Shown: piece after piece, positions 8,034 through 17,592 of the stretch
Position numbering within the stretch: the first letter of the stretch is position 1
Layout of the letters: every line of letters begins with the position of its first letter
Source: a virus
Strand: one strand, 5' to 3'
IMG/VR virus record: IMGVR_UViG_3300027902_000006
Span: 1 to 64,000 of that record
Length of the DNA stretch: 64,000 nt
The notes under the pieces: model-generated
Told to the model about the DNA's origin: nothing
The model's input: only the letters and a program-made list of their open reading frames with translations
The model's database searches: none
Program-made: the position numbers and the translations under genes

Positions 8034-8314
8034 GTAGTAATATTGTTAATCTTCAAGACTATCGCAAAGCTCAGATTTGTCATATCACGGGTGAGGCAAG
8101 GTGTTTAGAATGTTTTTTTGAGTGGGTCGCCACTGAACCCCAAGGGACTAGATTTATAGAATGTCCAAGTTGTGGGTGTTATAAGGGAACGTTTGCAGCT
8201 CAAGTTGAGATAGATTGTCCTCATTGGACGTGTAATTGTGGAAATTCGCTATTCTACGCTACGGAGGATGGGATGTACTGTCCTATGTGCGGTTTGTTCC
8301 AGAACGGGTTCTAG
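8027..8314 (+). CDS. Cys-rich zinc-ribbon protein
   Basis: multiple CxxC/CxC motifs. Confidence 0.6.
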   Translation: MVSSNIVNLQDYRKAQICHITGEARCLECFFEWVATEPQGTRFIECPSCGCYKGTFAAQVEIDCPHWTCNCGNSLFYATEDGMYCPMCGLFQNGF

Positions 8315-8326
8315 AAGGAGTGGTTA

Positions 8327-8593
8327 ATGGATTTTGACTATGGGATTTCATTTTGTGCAGGTAACGAGGAGTTGTGGAAAAAGGACGCAACTGTAGCAGA
8401 CCTTATTGCTATTTTGAAAGAGTTCCCATCCGACTTACGGATCAGTGCATTTTTTGATTGTAGAGTGGATAACGGAAATAATGTAGTATATATAGAAGAT
8501 AAACGTACTACGTCACTGGTCGATATTGTTTTGGAGTGCCCGATGTGTAGTCAACATCTGAAACTTCAACCCAATGATCACATTATCAACTGA
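8327..8593 (+). CDS. hypothetical protein
   Basis: AAGGAG RBS; C-terminal CPMC. Confidence 0.6.
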   Translation: MDFDYGISFCAGNEELWKKDATVADLIAILKEFPSDLRISAFFDCRVDNGNNVVYIEDKRTTSLVDIVLECPMCSQHLKLQPNDHIIN

Positions 8594-8601
8594 GGTTTGT
8601 C

Positions 8602-10254
8602 ATGGCTATTCTGAAAGACTGGTTAACTGGGGAAACAATAGTTGAGACTAAGATATCGAAAATTTCAACTATTGATGTTCCCCTTATGGGTTCACCCGCT
8701 CCATCTGGAGTAGAAATACCTCGAAAGGAGTATGTCGAGCATCAGGAACGACTCGATCTGATTACATCTCTTTTGGGTGGGACAAAGGCTATGAAAGAAG
8801 CCGGTCAAAAGTTCCTTCCAAAAGAGACGAAGGAAAGTGATGAGAACTATCAGAATCGCCTAAGACGAACGTATCTCTTTAATGCTTTCGGGAGAACCGT
8901 CTCTTATCTGGGTGGCCAAGTTTTTACGCAACCTGTTAAGTTACTGGCTGATGTCCCCTCTGCTATCAGGACAACTAAGACACAAGACGGTTATGAAGAA
9001 GATATAGACTTGAAGGGTAGCAATCTAGATGCTTTTCTTAAACCTGTTTTTGAGAGAGGTGTTTCAGATGGCGTTTCGTGCGTACTCGTAGATTATCCCC
9101 AAGGAACATATCTCGGTACTATTTCTGTAGCCGACGAAAAGAGAATAGGACGTCGGCCTTACTGGGTTCATCTTCCTCCTTCCTCAATCATAGGATGGAA
9201 GACAGAAATCGTAAGTGGTAAAACTCTTTTTACCCAATTACGTATCCGAGAGACTGAAGAAGTTGACGACGGTCAGTTTGGGGTCAAGCAAGTAAATCGT
9301 ATACGAGTTTTAGAACCTAGGCGATGGACGCTCTACGAAGAGCAAAAAGATGAACAGATCAACCAGATGAAGTGGGTTGTAATAGGTGCGGGTCCTACAA
9401 CTCTAGACATAATCCCGTTGGCTGTCTTTATGCCAGGTAAAACGATCTCTGCTCTTACTGCTGAACCTCCTTTGGATGACTTGGCATATATGAACTTGGC
9501 TCACTGGCAGAGTACTAGTGACCAGATGAACATTCTCCATTTTACTCGTTTACCTATTCTCTTCGGTAGAAAACTTACAGACTCGGATAAAATAGACCAG
9601 ATTGAGATCGGACCTAACAGGATGATTCACTCCGATAGTCTAGAAGGGGATCTTAAGTATGTAGAACACACTGGGAAGTCTATTGCTGAGGGTCATATGC
9701 ACCTCATAGACTTAGAGACTAAGATGGCCATGTGGGGTTTACAACTTCTGATGCCCAAGACTGGTACGATTACGGCCACTGAAAAAGCATTGTCCTCGGG
9801 GGAGAGTGATAGTACTCTCAAATCTTGGGCACTCCTCTTCACTGATTTTATTGAACAATGCCTGTTCTTCACTGCCTTGTACATGAGAGAAGAACGGGGA
9901 GGAGCTGCTGAAGTCAATACTCAATTCCGCTGGATGCAGACGCTTGATGCTGAGGTTCTATTGCGTGGTGCTCAACTTAGGGTACTTCCTGGTCAGTTGG
10001 TCTTTGAAGAACTCCAACGGCGTGCGATTATCAGTGACCAGTACGATTACGCTGATCTTCAGTCAATGTTCGACGAAGAGAATCGCGGCTTAACTTTTGC
10101 TAAAGGAAGTTTTGGAAACATCGCTCAAACGGTTCTAAGTCCCGGAACAACACGTACTCCAACTTCGACATCGGTGACTGCCACTCGCGCTCAATCTGGG
10201 ACTGGGACTCCCTATTCATTTAAACGTGGCCACGGAACAAAAGGTACTCCGTAA
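8602..10254 (+). CDS. portal protein (DUF4055-like)
   Basis: GGTKAMK...FLPK...E..ENYQNRL, PPLDDLAYMNLAHWQSTSD; position after terL. Confidence 0.9.
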   Translation: MAILKDWLTGETIVETKISKISTIDVPLMGSPAPSGVEIPRKEYVEHQERLDLITSLLGGTKAMKEAGQKFLPKETKESDENYQNRLRRTYLFNAFGRTVSYLGGQVFTQPVKLLADVPSAIRTTKTQDGYEEDIDLKGSNLDAFLKPVFERGVSDGVSCVLVDYPQGTYLGTISVADEKRIGRRPYWVHLPPSSIIGWKTEIVSGKTLFTQLRIRETEEVDDGQFGVKQVNRIRVLEPRRWTLYEEQKDEQINQMKWVVIGAGPTTLDIIPLAVFMPGKTISALTAEPPLDDLAYMNLAHWQSTSDQMNILHFTRLPILFGRKLTDSDKIDQIEIGPNRMIHSDSLEGDLKYVEHTGKSIAEGHMHLIDLETKMAMWGLQLLMPKTGTITATEKALSSGESDSTLKSWALLFTDFIEQCLFFTALYMREERGGAAEVNTQFRWMQTLDAEVLLRGAQLRVLPGQLVFEELQRRAIISDQYDYADLQSMFDEENRGLTFAKGSFGNIAQTVLSPGTTRTPTSTSVTATRAQSGTGTPYSFKRGHGTKGTP

Positions 10255-10273
10255 CAAAGTGAGGTTTACTGAG

Positions 10274-10741
10274 ATGAAAAAATGTAAAGTTTTTATAGGA
10301 AGTTTTGTCTCTGTAGTAGTATTTTTGTTTAGTCTGAGTGTGGCAAACTCCGAAAGTCCCGACAATAGACCCCTAACTCTTCCGTCACTAAATGAACGTG
10401 TAATCGGACTGGAAGAGTTAATAAGAGAGAGATCTCGTTTGAACGAGAGATATACAGAAGCCGCGCGTGCGGCAATGGAACGACGACTCGATGGAATGAA
10501 TGAGTTTAGGGAGACATTGAGAGACCAAGCTTCTAGGTTTATTACTCGACAGGAAGTTGATCTGACTGTTTCCAAGATCAGGACAGATAGCGACCTACTT
10601 TTCAAGACAACCGATCAGCAAAGTCGGTCTATACTGCTTGTTTTACTAGTTGCTGTGATTGGTCTGTTATTCGGAGTAGCGGCACTTCTACTAGCCATTC
10701 GCGAGACCTATAAAACATCAGCTAATACTATTGAAAGGTAA
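10274..10741 (+). CDS. membrane-anchored coiled-coil protein
   Basis: hydrophobic segments at both ends; RRLDGMNEFRETLRDQ core. Confidence 0.65.
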   Translation: MKKCKVFIGSFVSVVVFLFSLSVANSESPDNRPLTLPSLNERVIGLEELIRERSRLNERYTEAARAAMERRLDGMNEFRETLRDQASRFITRQEVDLTVSKIRTDSDLLFKTTDQQSRSILLVLLVAVIGLLFGVAALLLAIRETYKTSANTIER

Positions 10742-10744
10742 TGT

Positions 10745-11443
10745 ATGAAAATAAATTGGAAATGGATTTTTGCAGTTAACGATCAGTTGAAAGCAAGTAG
10801 CGAGACGATTCATGACATTAATTTTGTTAGAGAACTGATTAGTTATTTAGTTCTATCTTCGGCTACGAGTATTGTCGAAACTGGGACAGAGAGGGGCGTT
10901 ACTGCGAGATTTCTAGCTGCTCTCTTTCCTCAACTTAAACTCTATACTTGTGATAAGTTTTTGAACGGCCCAGTAGTAGCAGAGACACTTCGGGGTATCA
11001 CGAACGTAGTATGTCAAGCTCTGGATAGTCGTGAGTTTCTTCCTCTCTTGGGGAAAATAGAACTTGGTCCGAGACCCTTTTATTTCTTAGACGCCCACGC
11101 TCGAAACAATCCCAATCCAATTCGTGAGGAGTTTCAAGTTATTAATGAGAAGCTCGCTCAACACGAAATTGTCGAAGCTCATATATGTGTACATGATTTT
11201 AAGGTTGAAGATAAACCTGAGTTCGGTTACAACATGTCTGACTACGATGGGACCGACTTATCTTGGGAGACAATTGAAGATCTAGTTAGACCTCTTGCTA
11301 AAGGCGTATGGTTTCCTAGGGGTGAGCCATTGACAAAATATTCGAGAGGTCGTATTTTTATTTACATGTCTGCTATCCAACCTGTTCTTCCTTATAATCT
11401 AGAGTATTTGGAGAACTTGGGGATCTTGTGCAGATATCTATAG
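10745..11443 (+). CDS. class I SAM-dependent methyltransferase
   Basis: IVETGTERGVT, FLDAH, VHDF motifs. Confidence 0.75.
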   Translation: MKINWKWIFAVNDQLKASSETIHDINFVRELISYLVLSSATSIVETGTERGVTARFLAALFPQLKLYTCDKFLNGPVVAETLRGITNVVCQALDSREFLPLLGKIELGPRPFYFLDAHARNNPNPIREEFQVINEKLAQHEIVEAHICVHDFKVEDKPEFGYNMSDYDGTDLSWETIEDLVRPLAKGVWFPRGEPLTKYSRGRIFIYMSAIQPVLPYNLEYLENLGILCRYL

Positions 11444-11445
11444 TT

Positions 11446-11604
11446 CCTTCACCCCCCTCCTTTCCCAGATGCGCTTGGAGTCTGGCCGTAAGTGGTTATC
11501 TGCCTTTGGTTTCTCTCCTTTTCCAGAGGTTAACGTCTCGGGTGAAGGCTCTTCGTTATGAGACCAAGAAACCGAACCAGCGAGAGCCCCTGCGAGAGTG
11601 GGGC
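11446..11604 (+). ncRNA. candidate structured RNA in intergenic gap
   Basis: several 5-10 bp complementary pairs (see findings). Confidence 0.3.
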
Positions 11605-11634
11605 ATATCTTTATACTAAGAGAGGTATTGAACT

Positions 11635-11991
11635 ATGTCTGCTATTCAATCGTCATTATACGAATTAAAAATTACTGGAGCTGGTCCTTATACAGATGTC
11701 GCATCCTTCATACATCGTTATTCTCCTGTCATAATCTCTGTTAATACTGCTACTGCCTATACTATAAGATTACCTAAAGCGTCTCTTTCCTCGTCAGACT
11801 TGACTATTGTTAAGCTTCAAGCTAATACAGTAAGTGTAAAAGTAGCGCCGGGAGATAAGATAGGGAGTTCATCTACGGGTTGGAGTTGTACTCAGGCGAC
11901 CCAAACATGGGCGTCTCTAGTACTCCAACCAGTCTCAGGGGCCAGTAAGTGGATAATAGTTGGGAAGGATGGTACTTGGAATAAGATCTAA
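11635..11991 (+). CDS. hypothetical beta-rich virion protein
   Basis: GAGG RBS; AYTIRLP...WIIVG pattern seen in phage fibre/decoration domains. Confidence 0.6.
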   Translation: MSAIQSSLYELKITGAGPYTDVASFIHRYSPVIISVNTATAYTIRLPKASLSSSDLTIVKLQANTVSVKVAPGDKIGSSSTGWSCTQATQTWASLVLQPVSGASKWIIVGKDGTWNKI

Positions 11992-11993
11992 GT

Positions 11994-12611
11994 ATGAAAA
12001 TAGACTTCTTCGATGAACTGTGTTCTGGTATTCCAGGTGTCCCCGATTCAGTCGGAGACGCCCTCAAACAACTCACTTGGGACTGTCCATCGAACCCAAA
12101 GTTTTTAGAAGTAGGATCATGGAAGGGTAGGTCTTCGTGTTATTTAGCGGCGATAGCTAAGGTGCGGGGCGGTCATCTAACTTGCATAGACCATTGGCAA
12201 GGTTCTCTATCCTCTATAGGTGGTAGTGAGATTGTCGATGGGGGTCTTAATCTATACGAAGAGTTTCTATCTAATTTAACACAACGCGGACTACGTGAGT
12301 ATATAACTCCTTTGAAGATGTCCTCTGAAGAAGCTAGTTTACTTATTCCAGACGAGTCTCAAGATTTAATTTTCATAGATGCCGATCATTTATATCCTAG
12401 TATAAAAAGAGATTTGGAACTTTGGTTTCCTAAAGTTAAAACAGGTGGGATTTTTTGTGGACACGACGCTGAGTTTTACTACTCAGAGAAGGCGGATCGT
12501 GAACTTAACTTATCTAGTGCATGTACTTATAGTTATCATCCTGGAGTTATTACGGCCCTTTTTGAGAAGTTCGACGACAAACATAACTTGATTAAAGGTG
12601 CTCACGTTTAG
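11994..12611 (+). CDS. SAM methyltransferase (Methyltransf_24-like)
   Basis: LEVGSWKGRS, FIDADHLY, GGIFCGHD. Confidence 0.9.
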   Translation: MKIDFFDELCSGIPGVPDSVGDALKQLTWDCPSNPKFLEVGSWKGRSSCYLAAIAKVRGGHLTCIDHWQGSLSSIGGSEIVDGGLNLYEEFLSNLTQRGLREYITPLKMSSEEASLLIPDESQDLIFIDADHLYPSIKRDLELWFPKVKTGGIFCGHDAEFYYSEKADRELNLSSACTYSYHPGVITALFEKFDDKHNLIKGAHV

Positions 12612-12625
12612 TGGATTAAACGCCG

Positions 12626-13678
12626 ATGCTCTTAACTCCCAATGAGACTCTATTACTAATAGTTTTAGCTAGAAATATTGAGTGGCGTCTGCGTTTAGAT
12701 TCGTATGAAGCGTCGGCTCTCAAGGTTCTTCTACGATCCGTTAAACAGTCTGAACGTGATGTGTTAGATAGGATAACGAGTTATGGTCTTACTGTCCCAG
12801 TATGGGAAGAGGTACGAACTCTTAACCTTTTGGACGAGTTCAGTAGTCTAACAGGAGAGTTAAGAAGTGTAGTAGGTAAGAACATCGCTGAGATGGTTTC
12901 ACATGCTGGGGTCGCCTCGTTGCTTGTTCACAACGACATTGTCTCTTTCGGAAATAGAATCACAACCTTCCAACCAGTTTCCGCGTCTACTGAACAACTA
13001 CGTAGTGTATTTACTGATGTTCCAGTAGGTGGGTATCTTCTCTCCGATAGAGTCGACAACTTGTATGATAATATCGCCGGAAATATTCGAGAGGACCTCT
13101 CGACTGGATCATTACAGGGAGCTGATTATCATGGATTTGTTCGAGACTTAACTACAGGTTTTCGAGAGGCTGAGAAGGATGCGGCTACTCTAGCTCAGAC
13201 CTATGTTCAATCGGCCAATACACTCGCTCAGGAGGTAGTTTATAGACAGAATGGGGATATTGTCAAGGGTGTTAGATGGACAGCTATTTTAGAGGCTGGT
13301 TATAAACGTACGGGTAGGGGAACTTGTTTGCGATGTGCTGTACTAGATGGAATAGTATTTGCATTGGGAACGAATCCACCTTGTCCGTTACATGACAACT
13401 GTAGATGTAGTCTTCTACCTGAGTTTGCACCGGCGAGTTCACTAGGTTTGAATATGACCGAAATAAGTAACGAGTACAGTGAATATATCAATACTAAAAC
13501 TACTCCAGGCATCTCGGGGAACTATGAGTCTTGGTTTAAAGCTCAGAGTGAGTCTACTCAACAAAATTTAGTAGGACCAAACCGATACGCACTTATTAAA
13601 ACAGGAAGGATCTCGTTTAGTGACTTGATAGACAGGGATACAGGTAGACTACGAACACTAAGCGAGTTAGGAGGTTAA
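12626..13678 (+). CDS. minor head protein (SPP1 gp7/Mu F-like)
   Basis: TCLRCAVLDG...PPCPLHDNCRC; YESWF..Q. Confidence 0.85.
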   Translation: MLLTPNETLLLIVLARNIEWRLRLDSYEASALKVLLRSVKQSERDVLDRITSYGLTVPVWEEVRTLNLLDEFSSLTGELRSVVGKNIAEMVSHAGVASLLVHNDIVSFGNRITTFQPVSASTEQLRSVFTDVPVGGYLLSDRVDNLYDNIAGNIREDLSTGSLQGADYHGFVRDLTTGFREAEKDAATLAQTYVQSANTLAQEVVYRQNGDIVKGVRWTAILEAGYKRTGRGTCLRCAVLDGIVFALGTNPPCPLHDNCRCSLLPEFAPASSLGLNMTEISNEYSEYINTKTTPGISGNYESWFKAQSESTQQNLVGPNRYALIKTGRISFSDLIDRDTGRLRTLSELGG

Positions 13679-14524
13679 ATGAAGTTAGGTCATAAAACGA
13701 TTCCTTATCGAATAACTTCTCCAGTTAGATTAGTCGCTCTAGGGGATCTACACGTGGGTAGCAGTACGTTTGCACGTAGACGTTTTAAAAAGTTTATGGA
13801 GGAACAGGCAGAAATTCCTCAGACGCATTTCATTATTATGGGTGATGTCTTTGACGCCCTAGTCGTGGCAGATAGTAAACGTTTTAGATTATCAAATATA
13901 GATAAACGGTACTTTGATTGTCCTAATCCAGACAGATTCTTAGATGCTCAGATAGATGATGCTATCGAACTCCTAAGTCCGTATTCTTCTAAGATATTAG
14001 GTATTCTAAGAGGGAATCACGAAGACCAAATACTGAAACGTTACAATACAGATATGATTTGGCAACTCTGTGATCGTCTAGGGGACAAAACACTTGATCT
14101 AGGCTACAGTGCTCTACTCTACCTGCAACTTAAATATGATAGTGAAAAGAATAGGAATACTAGAGCTATACGAGTGTTTCTGCATCATGGTTACGGAGGA
14201 GGCTCTAGAACAGAAGGAGGGGCGATTACTACGTATTCAAGATTCATTACATACTACGACGCTGATATTTATTTAGTAGGTCATAGCCATCAACAGTGGT
14301 CAAAAAAAATCGCTAGAGTTTCCATTACACGAAAAGGTGATTGGGAAGATAGAACAATTATTCTAGCTAATAGCGGGACATTTAAGAAATCGTTAGTTGA
14401 GGGAGTGGCACCGTCATGGGAAGAGACAATGGGATTTTGTCCGCGCTTGTTGGGAGGAGTTGCGGTAGAGATTAAACTTAATAGTGGAAATACCTATCCA
14501 GAACTTTCAGTCTCAGACATATGA
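13679..14524 (+). CDS. calcineurin-like metallophosphoesterase
   Basis: GDLHVG, GDVFD, GNHE, HHG, GHSH. Confidence 0.9.
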   Translation: MKLGHKTIPYRITSPVRLVALGDLHVGSSTFARRRFKKFMEEQAEIPQTHFIIMGDVFDALVVADSKRFRLSNIDKRYFDCPNPDRFLDAQIDDAIELLSPYSSKILGILRGNHEDQILKRYNTDMIWQLCDRLGDKTLDLGYSALLYLQLKYDSEKNRNTRAIRVFLHHGYGGGSRTEGGAITTYSRFITYYDADIYLVGHSHQQWSKKIARVSITRKGDWEDRTIILANSGTFKKSLVEGVAPSWEETMGFCPRLLGGVAVEIKLNSGNTYPELSVSDI

Positions 14525-14645
14525 AAACTATGTTTTTTCTTTGGTTATATAACTTATTGAATTAACCTTATTCTTAGAATAAGAAAAAAGGTACCCTCGG
14601 TACCACAACTACAGGCGAGATGCCTTTTTGGAGAGATCCTACTTT

Positions 14646-15446
14646 ATGGCTACACAGAAAGAAAAAGAACTGAAATTGACGCTTAAGAAAGACGACGAGG
14701 ACAACTTGGTGTTGTCTGAAACTGGCTATCCTATCTGGGTTGATCAGGATGGCGAGGAAAGAATGTATGATGTGGAAAAGCTTTTGAAAGAGAAACAAGC
14801 CGCTAATAGTGAGTCGGCTGGTCGCAGAAAACGTATTGAAGACTTGGAAAGTCAGATTCACGAACTGCAAGGTAAATATGAGGGTATTGATGTCGATGAA
14901 GCTAAGAGAGCCCTCGATACTTTACAGAACATTGATCAACAAAAGCTGATGGACACTGAAGGCGTAGAAAGCGTCAAGAGACAGATGAAAGAAGCCTTCG
15001 AAACAGAAAAAACTAAGGAACGTGATACTTGGGAAAAACAAGTTAAGGAACGGGAAGAGGCGCTGAATCTAAAGACTAATCAGATTAGGAATCTGTTAGT
15101 TCGGAACGCTTTTACCTCTTCTGAATTTTTAAGAGAAAAGACTTTGTTAATTCCTGAGATGGCCTACTCCTACTTCGGAAACTATTTTGAAGTTAAGGAG
15201 ATAAACGGGGTCCCGACTGCTATCGGCAGGATGAACGGAGAAGATATCCTCTCAAAGAGAAACCCCGGTGAAATAGCTGACCCGGAGGAAGCTATTGAGA
15301 TAATCATCGACCGATTCCCTGCTAAAGAACGTATTCTTAAAGGGAACGTACAGGCGGGTTCTGGCGTGTTTAATCCAGATCAGGAACCAGTGGGATCACC
15401 AGATCATCTGGCGAAATCACTCTATCCAACGATGCTTAAAAAGTAA
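14646..15446 (+). CDS. capsid scaffolding protein
   Basis: acidic coiled coil directly before major capsid; ANSESAGRR, PGEIADPEEAIE. Confidence 0.75.
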   Translation: MATQKEKELKLTLKKDDEDNLVLSETGYPIWVDQDGEERMYDVEKLLKEKQAANSESAGRRKRIEDLESQIHELQGKYEGIDVDEAKRALDTLQNIDQQKLMDTEGVESVKRQMKEAFETEKTKERDTWEKQVKEREEALNLKTNQIRNLLVRNAFTSSEFLREKTLLIPEMAYSYFGNYFEVKEINGVPTAIGRMNGEDILSKRNPGEIADPEEAIEIIIDRFPAKERILKGNVQAGSGVFNPDQEPVGSPDHLAKSLYPTMLKK

Positions 15447-15476
15447 TATTACAAAACTATAACGAGGTAACTTAAC

Positions 15477-16448
15477 ATGGCACTTTTGACTGCTAACAGA
15501 ATGACCCTCATTGACCTCGCTAAACGGTCCAAAGATGGTGCTATCCTTGCCATCGCGGAAGTGATGAACAAGGTTAATTCTATCATGGACGACGCGGTAT
15601 GGGTTCGTTCTAATGGAGATACTCAGCATATTACTGCCAAGCGGCTTTCCCTTCCTACGGGTTCTTGGCGTAAAATTAATTCTGGCGTAACGCTGGAAAA
15701 GTCTAGCACTCAACAGATCGTTGAGGGCATCGGTATGTTGGAAGCCTACTCACAGGTTGATATCGCTCTTATCGACGTCGCGTCTGATAAGGCCGCTTTT
15801 CGCCTGACTGAAGATCTTGCCTTCGTCGAAGGTATGTCTCAGACGATGGCCTCTACTATTATCTATGGTTCTACTAGTGGTGCTCCTGAGAAGTTTAATG
15901 GCTTCTCCACTCGTCTTGCTAACCTTACTACTATTGGCGTGAGCGCCATCGCCAACTGTCATAACTACGGTGGAACTGGTTCTACACTGAACTCTATCTT
16001 CGTCGTTCAATGGGGACCGACTACTGTTCACATGATCTATCCTAAGAATTCCTCCACCGTTGGTTTTTCGATGAGTGATGATGGGATTCAAACTGTTTAC
16101 GATCCTTCTGGTAATCCTTACAAAGTTTATCAGACACACTTCAAGCAGAACGCTGGTCTCTGCGTCCGTGATGAACGGTGCATCCAGCGTGTGGCTAATG
16201 TTCCTGCTACTGCTACGAAGTTGGCGAATACTCTTATTGTCGCCCTGCGTCAGATGCCTTCTGGCGGGGCTGGTTCTGTAATCTACATGAACCCCACTGT
16301 CCTGACCTGTCTTGATAAAGAGGCGAAGGATAAAACAAATGTTCAGTACGGTCCTGCTGATGCTTTCGGTCGTCCAACAATGTTCTTCCGGGGTATCCCT
16401 GTGAAGCAGGTCGACGCTATGCTGAATACTGAAACTGCTCTTACCTAA
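15477..16448 (+). CDS. major capsid protein
   Basis: TLIDLAKR...LPTGSWRKINSGV...MLEAYSQVD...FRGIPVKQVDA; strongly biased codon usage. Confidence 0.92.
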   Translation: MALLTANRMTLIDLAKRSKDGAILAIAEVMNKVNSIMDDAVWVRSNGDTQHITAKRLSLPTGSWRKINSGVTLEKSSTQQIVEGIGMLEAYSQVDIALIDVASDKAAFRLTEDLAFVEGMSQTMASTIIYGSTSGAPEKFNGFSTRLANLTTIGVSAIANCHNYGGTGSTLNSIFVVQWGPTTVHMIYPKNSSTVGFSMSDDGIQTVYDPSGNPYKVYQTHFKQNAGLCVRDERCIQRVANVPATATKLANTLIVALRQMPSGGAGSVIYMNPTVLTCLDKEAKDKTNVQYGPADAFGRPTMFFRGIPVKQVDAMLNTETALT

Positions 16449-16466
16449 TTTTGGGGGTATATTAAT

Positions 16467-16910
16467 ATGACTATTATGGACTATCGCACTCAGCTTGCGG
16501 ATGCTAAAGCCTTGACGGGTGCTGTCTCCGCAACTATTACTGACTTTACTGTGGATTTGGCCGCGGTCAATCCCAATGTTGGTCGTGGCGAACCTATCTT
16601 CGTCCACGCTAAGATCGGTACTGCCGTGGCTAGTACCAAACCTCTTACTGCTACTCTGTCTCTTTACTTGCAGGATTCTCCTTCGTCTACTGCGGCCAGT
16701 TTTGGCAATTTGCTGAACCTGAATCTCTTAGGGGCGGCGAGCATGACTGTTAGTAAGTTGACCGTCGGAAAACTTGTCTATAGTGGGGTTATTCCCACTA
16801 AGTGTAAGCGGTACGTGCGTATTAAGGCTACTATTGCTGGTACTCCAACAACTGGTGGTACTTTGGACGCGTGGTTGGATATCGCTCCACTTGCAACTAG
16901 AATGGAATAA
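16467..16910 (+). CDS. capsid cement/decoration protein (Bbp16-like)
   Basis: follows MCP; GRGEPI...LQDS...KRYVRI...GTLDAWL. Confidence 0.75.
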   Translation: MTIMDYRTQLADAKALTGAVSATITDFTVDLAAVNPNVGRGEPIFVHAKIGTAVASTKPLTATLSLYLQDSPSSTAASFGNLLNLNLLGAASMTVSKLTVGKLVYSGVIPTKCKRYVRIKATIAGTPTTGGTLDAWLDIAPLATRME

Positions 16911-16921
16911 TAACCCATGCG

Positions 16922-16952
16922 CCGGGGGGCGGTTGCCGCTCCCCGGTTTTTT
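16922..16952 (+). terminator. intrinsic terminator after capsid genes
   Basis: CCGGGGGGCGG-TTG-CCGCTCCCCGG followed by a T-run. Confidence 0.85.
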
Positions 16953-16982
16953 TATATATAATATTATTGGGGGTATGGGATT

Positions 16983-17243
16983 ATGAAAGACGAATCCATA
17001 AAAGCCAGTCCAAAGCTTACTTTGAATCAGGTTACAGCTTTTGAATCATCCAAAATGGAGGAACCAACTCTACCAGCAGAAGTTAAGGGACCCAGTAAAG
17101 TTAAGGAACTCACTTGGCCTAGGAAGTACACTTGTATAGTTATGTGTTATGTAGCTAGCAAAGCACAAGTTTTCAATGTTGGAGACGTAGCGGAATTTGC
17201 AGAAGGGGAATATATCCCAAGTCATTTCTCACCACTAGATTAG
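16983..17243 (+). CDS. hypothetical protein
   Basis: ORF with RBS in operon context. Confidence 0.6.
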   Translation: MKDESIKASPKLTLNQVTAFESSKMEEPTLPAEVKGPSKVKELTWPRKYTCIVMCYVASKAQVFNVGDVAEFAEGEYIPSHFSPLD

Positions 17244-17256
17244 TGGGAGGATCACT

Positions 17257-17535
17257 ATGGCTAATGATACTAACGGGGATAAATGGACAATGCGACCCGT
17301 GGTCGCTTCTCTTCTTGTAGTTGGAACATTTGCCCTTTTTTGGTTTATTCAACAGGGTCAAGTAGGTAAAGAAGTTATCACTCTTATTGTCGGAGCTTTG
17401 ATAGCGAACTTGACCTCTGTCGTTTCTTTCTATTTTGGATCGTCTGCGGGTAGTGCTAAGAAGGACGATACTGTTATGCTTGCCCTTCAGAAAACTGGCC
17501 AACCCACGTGTCCACCAGAATCAAAAGAACAATAA
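17257..17535 (+). CDS. holin-like two-TM membrane protein
   Basis: two hydrophobic helices; VVSFYFGSSAGS motif common in small phage membrane proteins. Confidence 0.6.
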   Translation: MANDTNGDKWTMRPVVASLLVVGTFALFWFIQQGQVGKEVITLIVGALIANLTSVVSFYFGSSAGSAKKDDTVMLALQKTGQPTCPPESKEQ

Positions 17536-17592
17536 AAATATGATAAGATTATCTAATAGTGAACTAAACTCCTAAAAAAATTACGAGGGATC

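Noticed and set aside
15750-16607. 285-aa antisense ORF over the major capsid gene
   Set aside because: Shadow of biased codon usage in a highly expressed gene.
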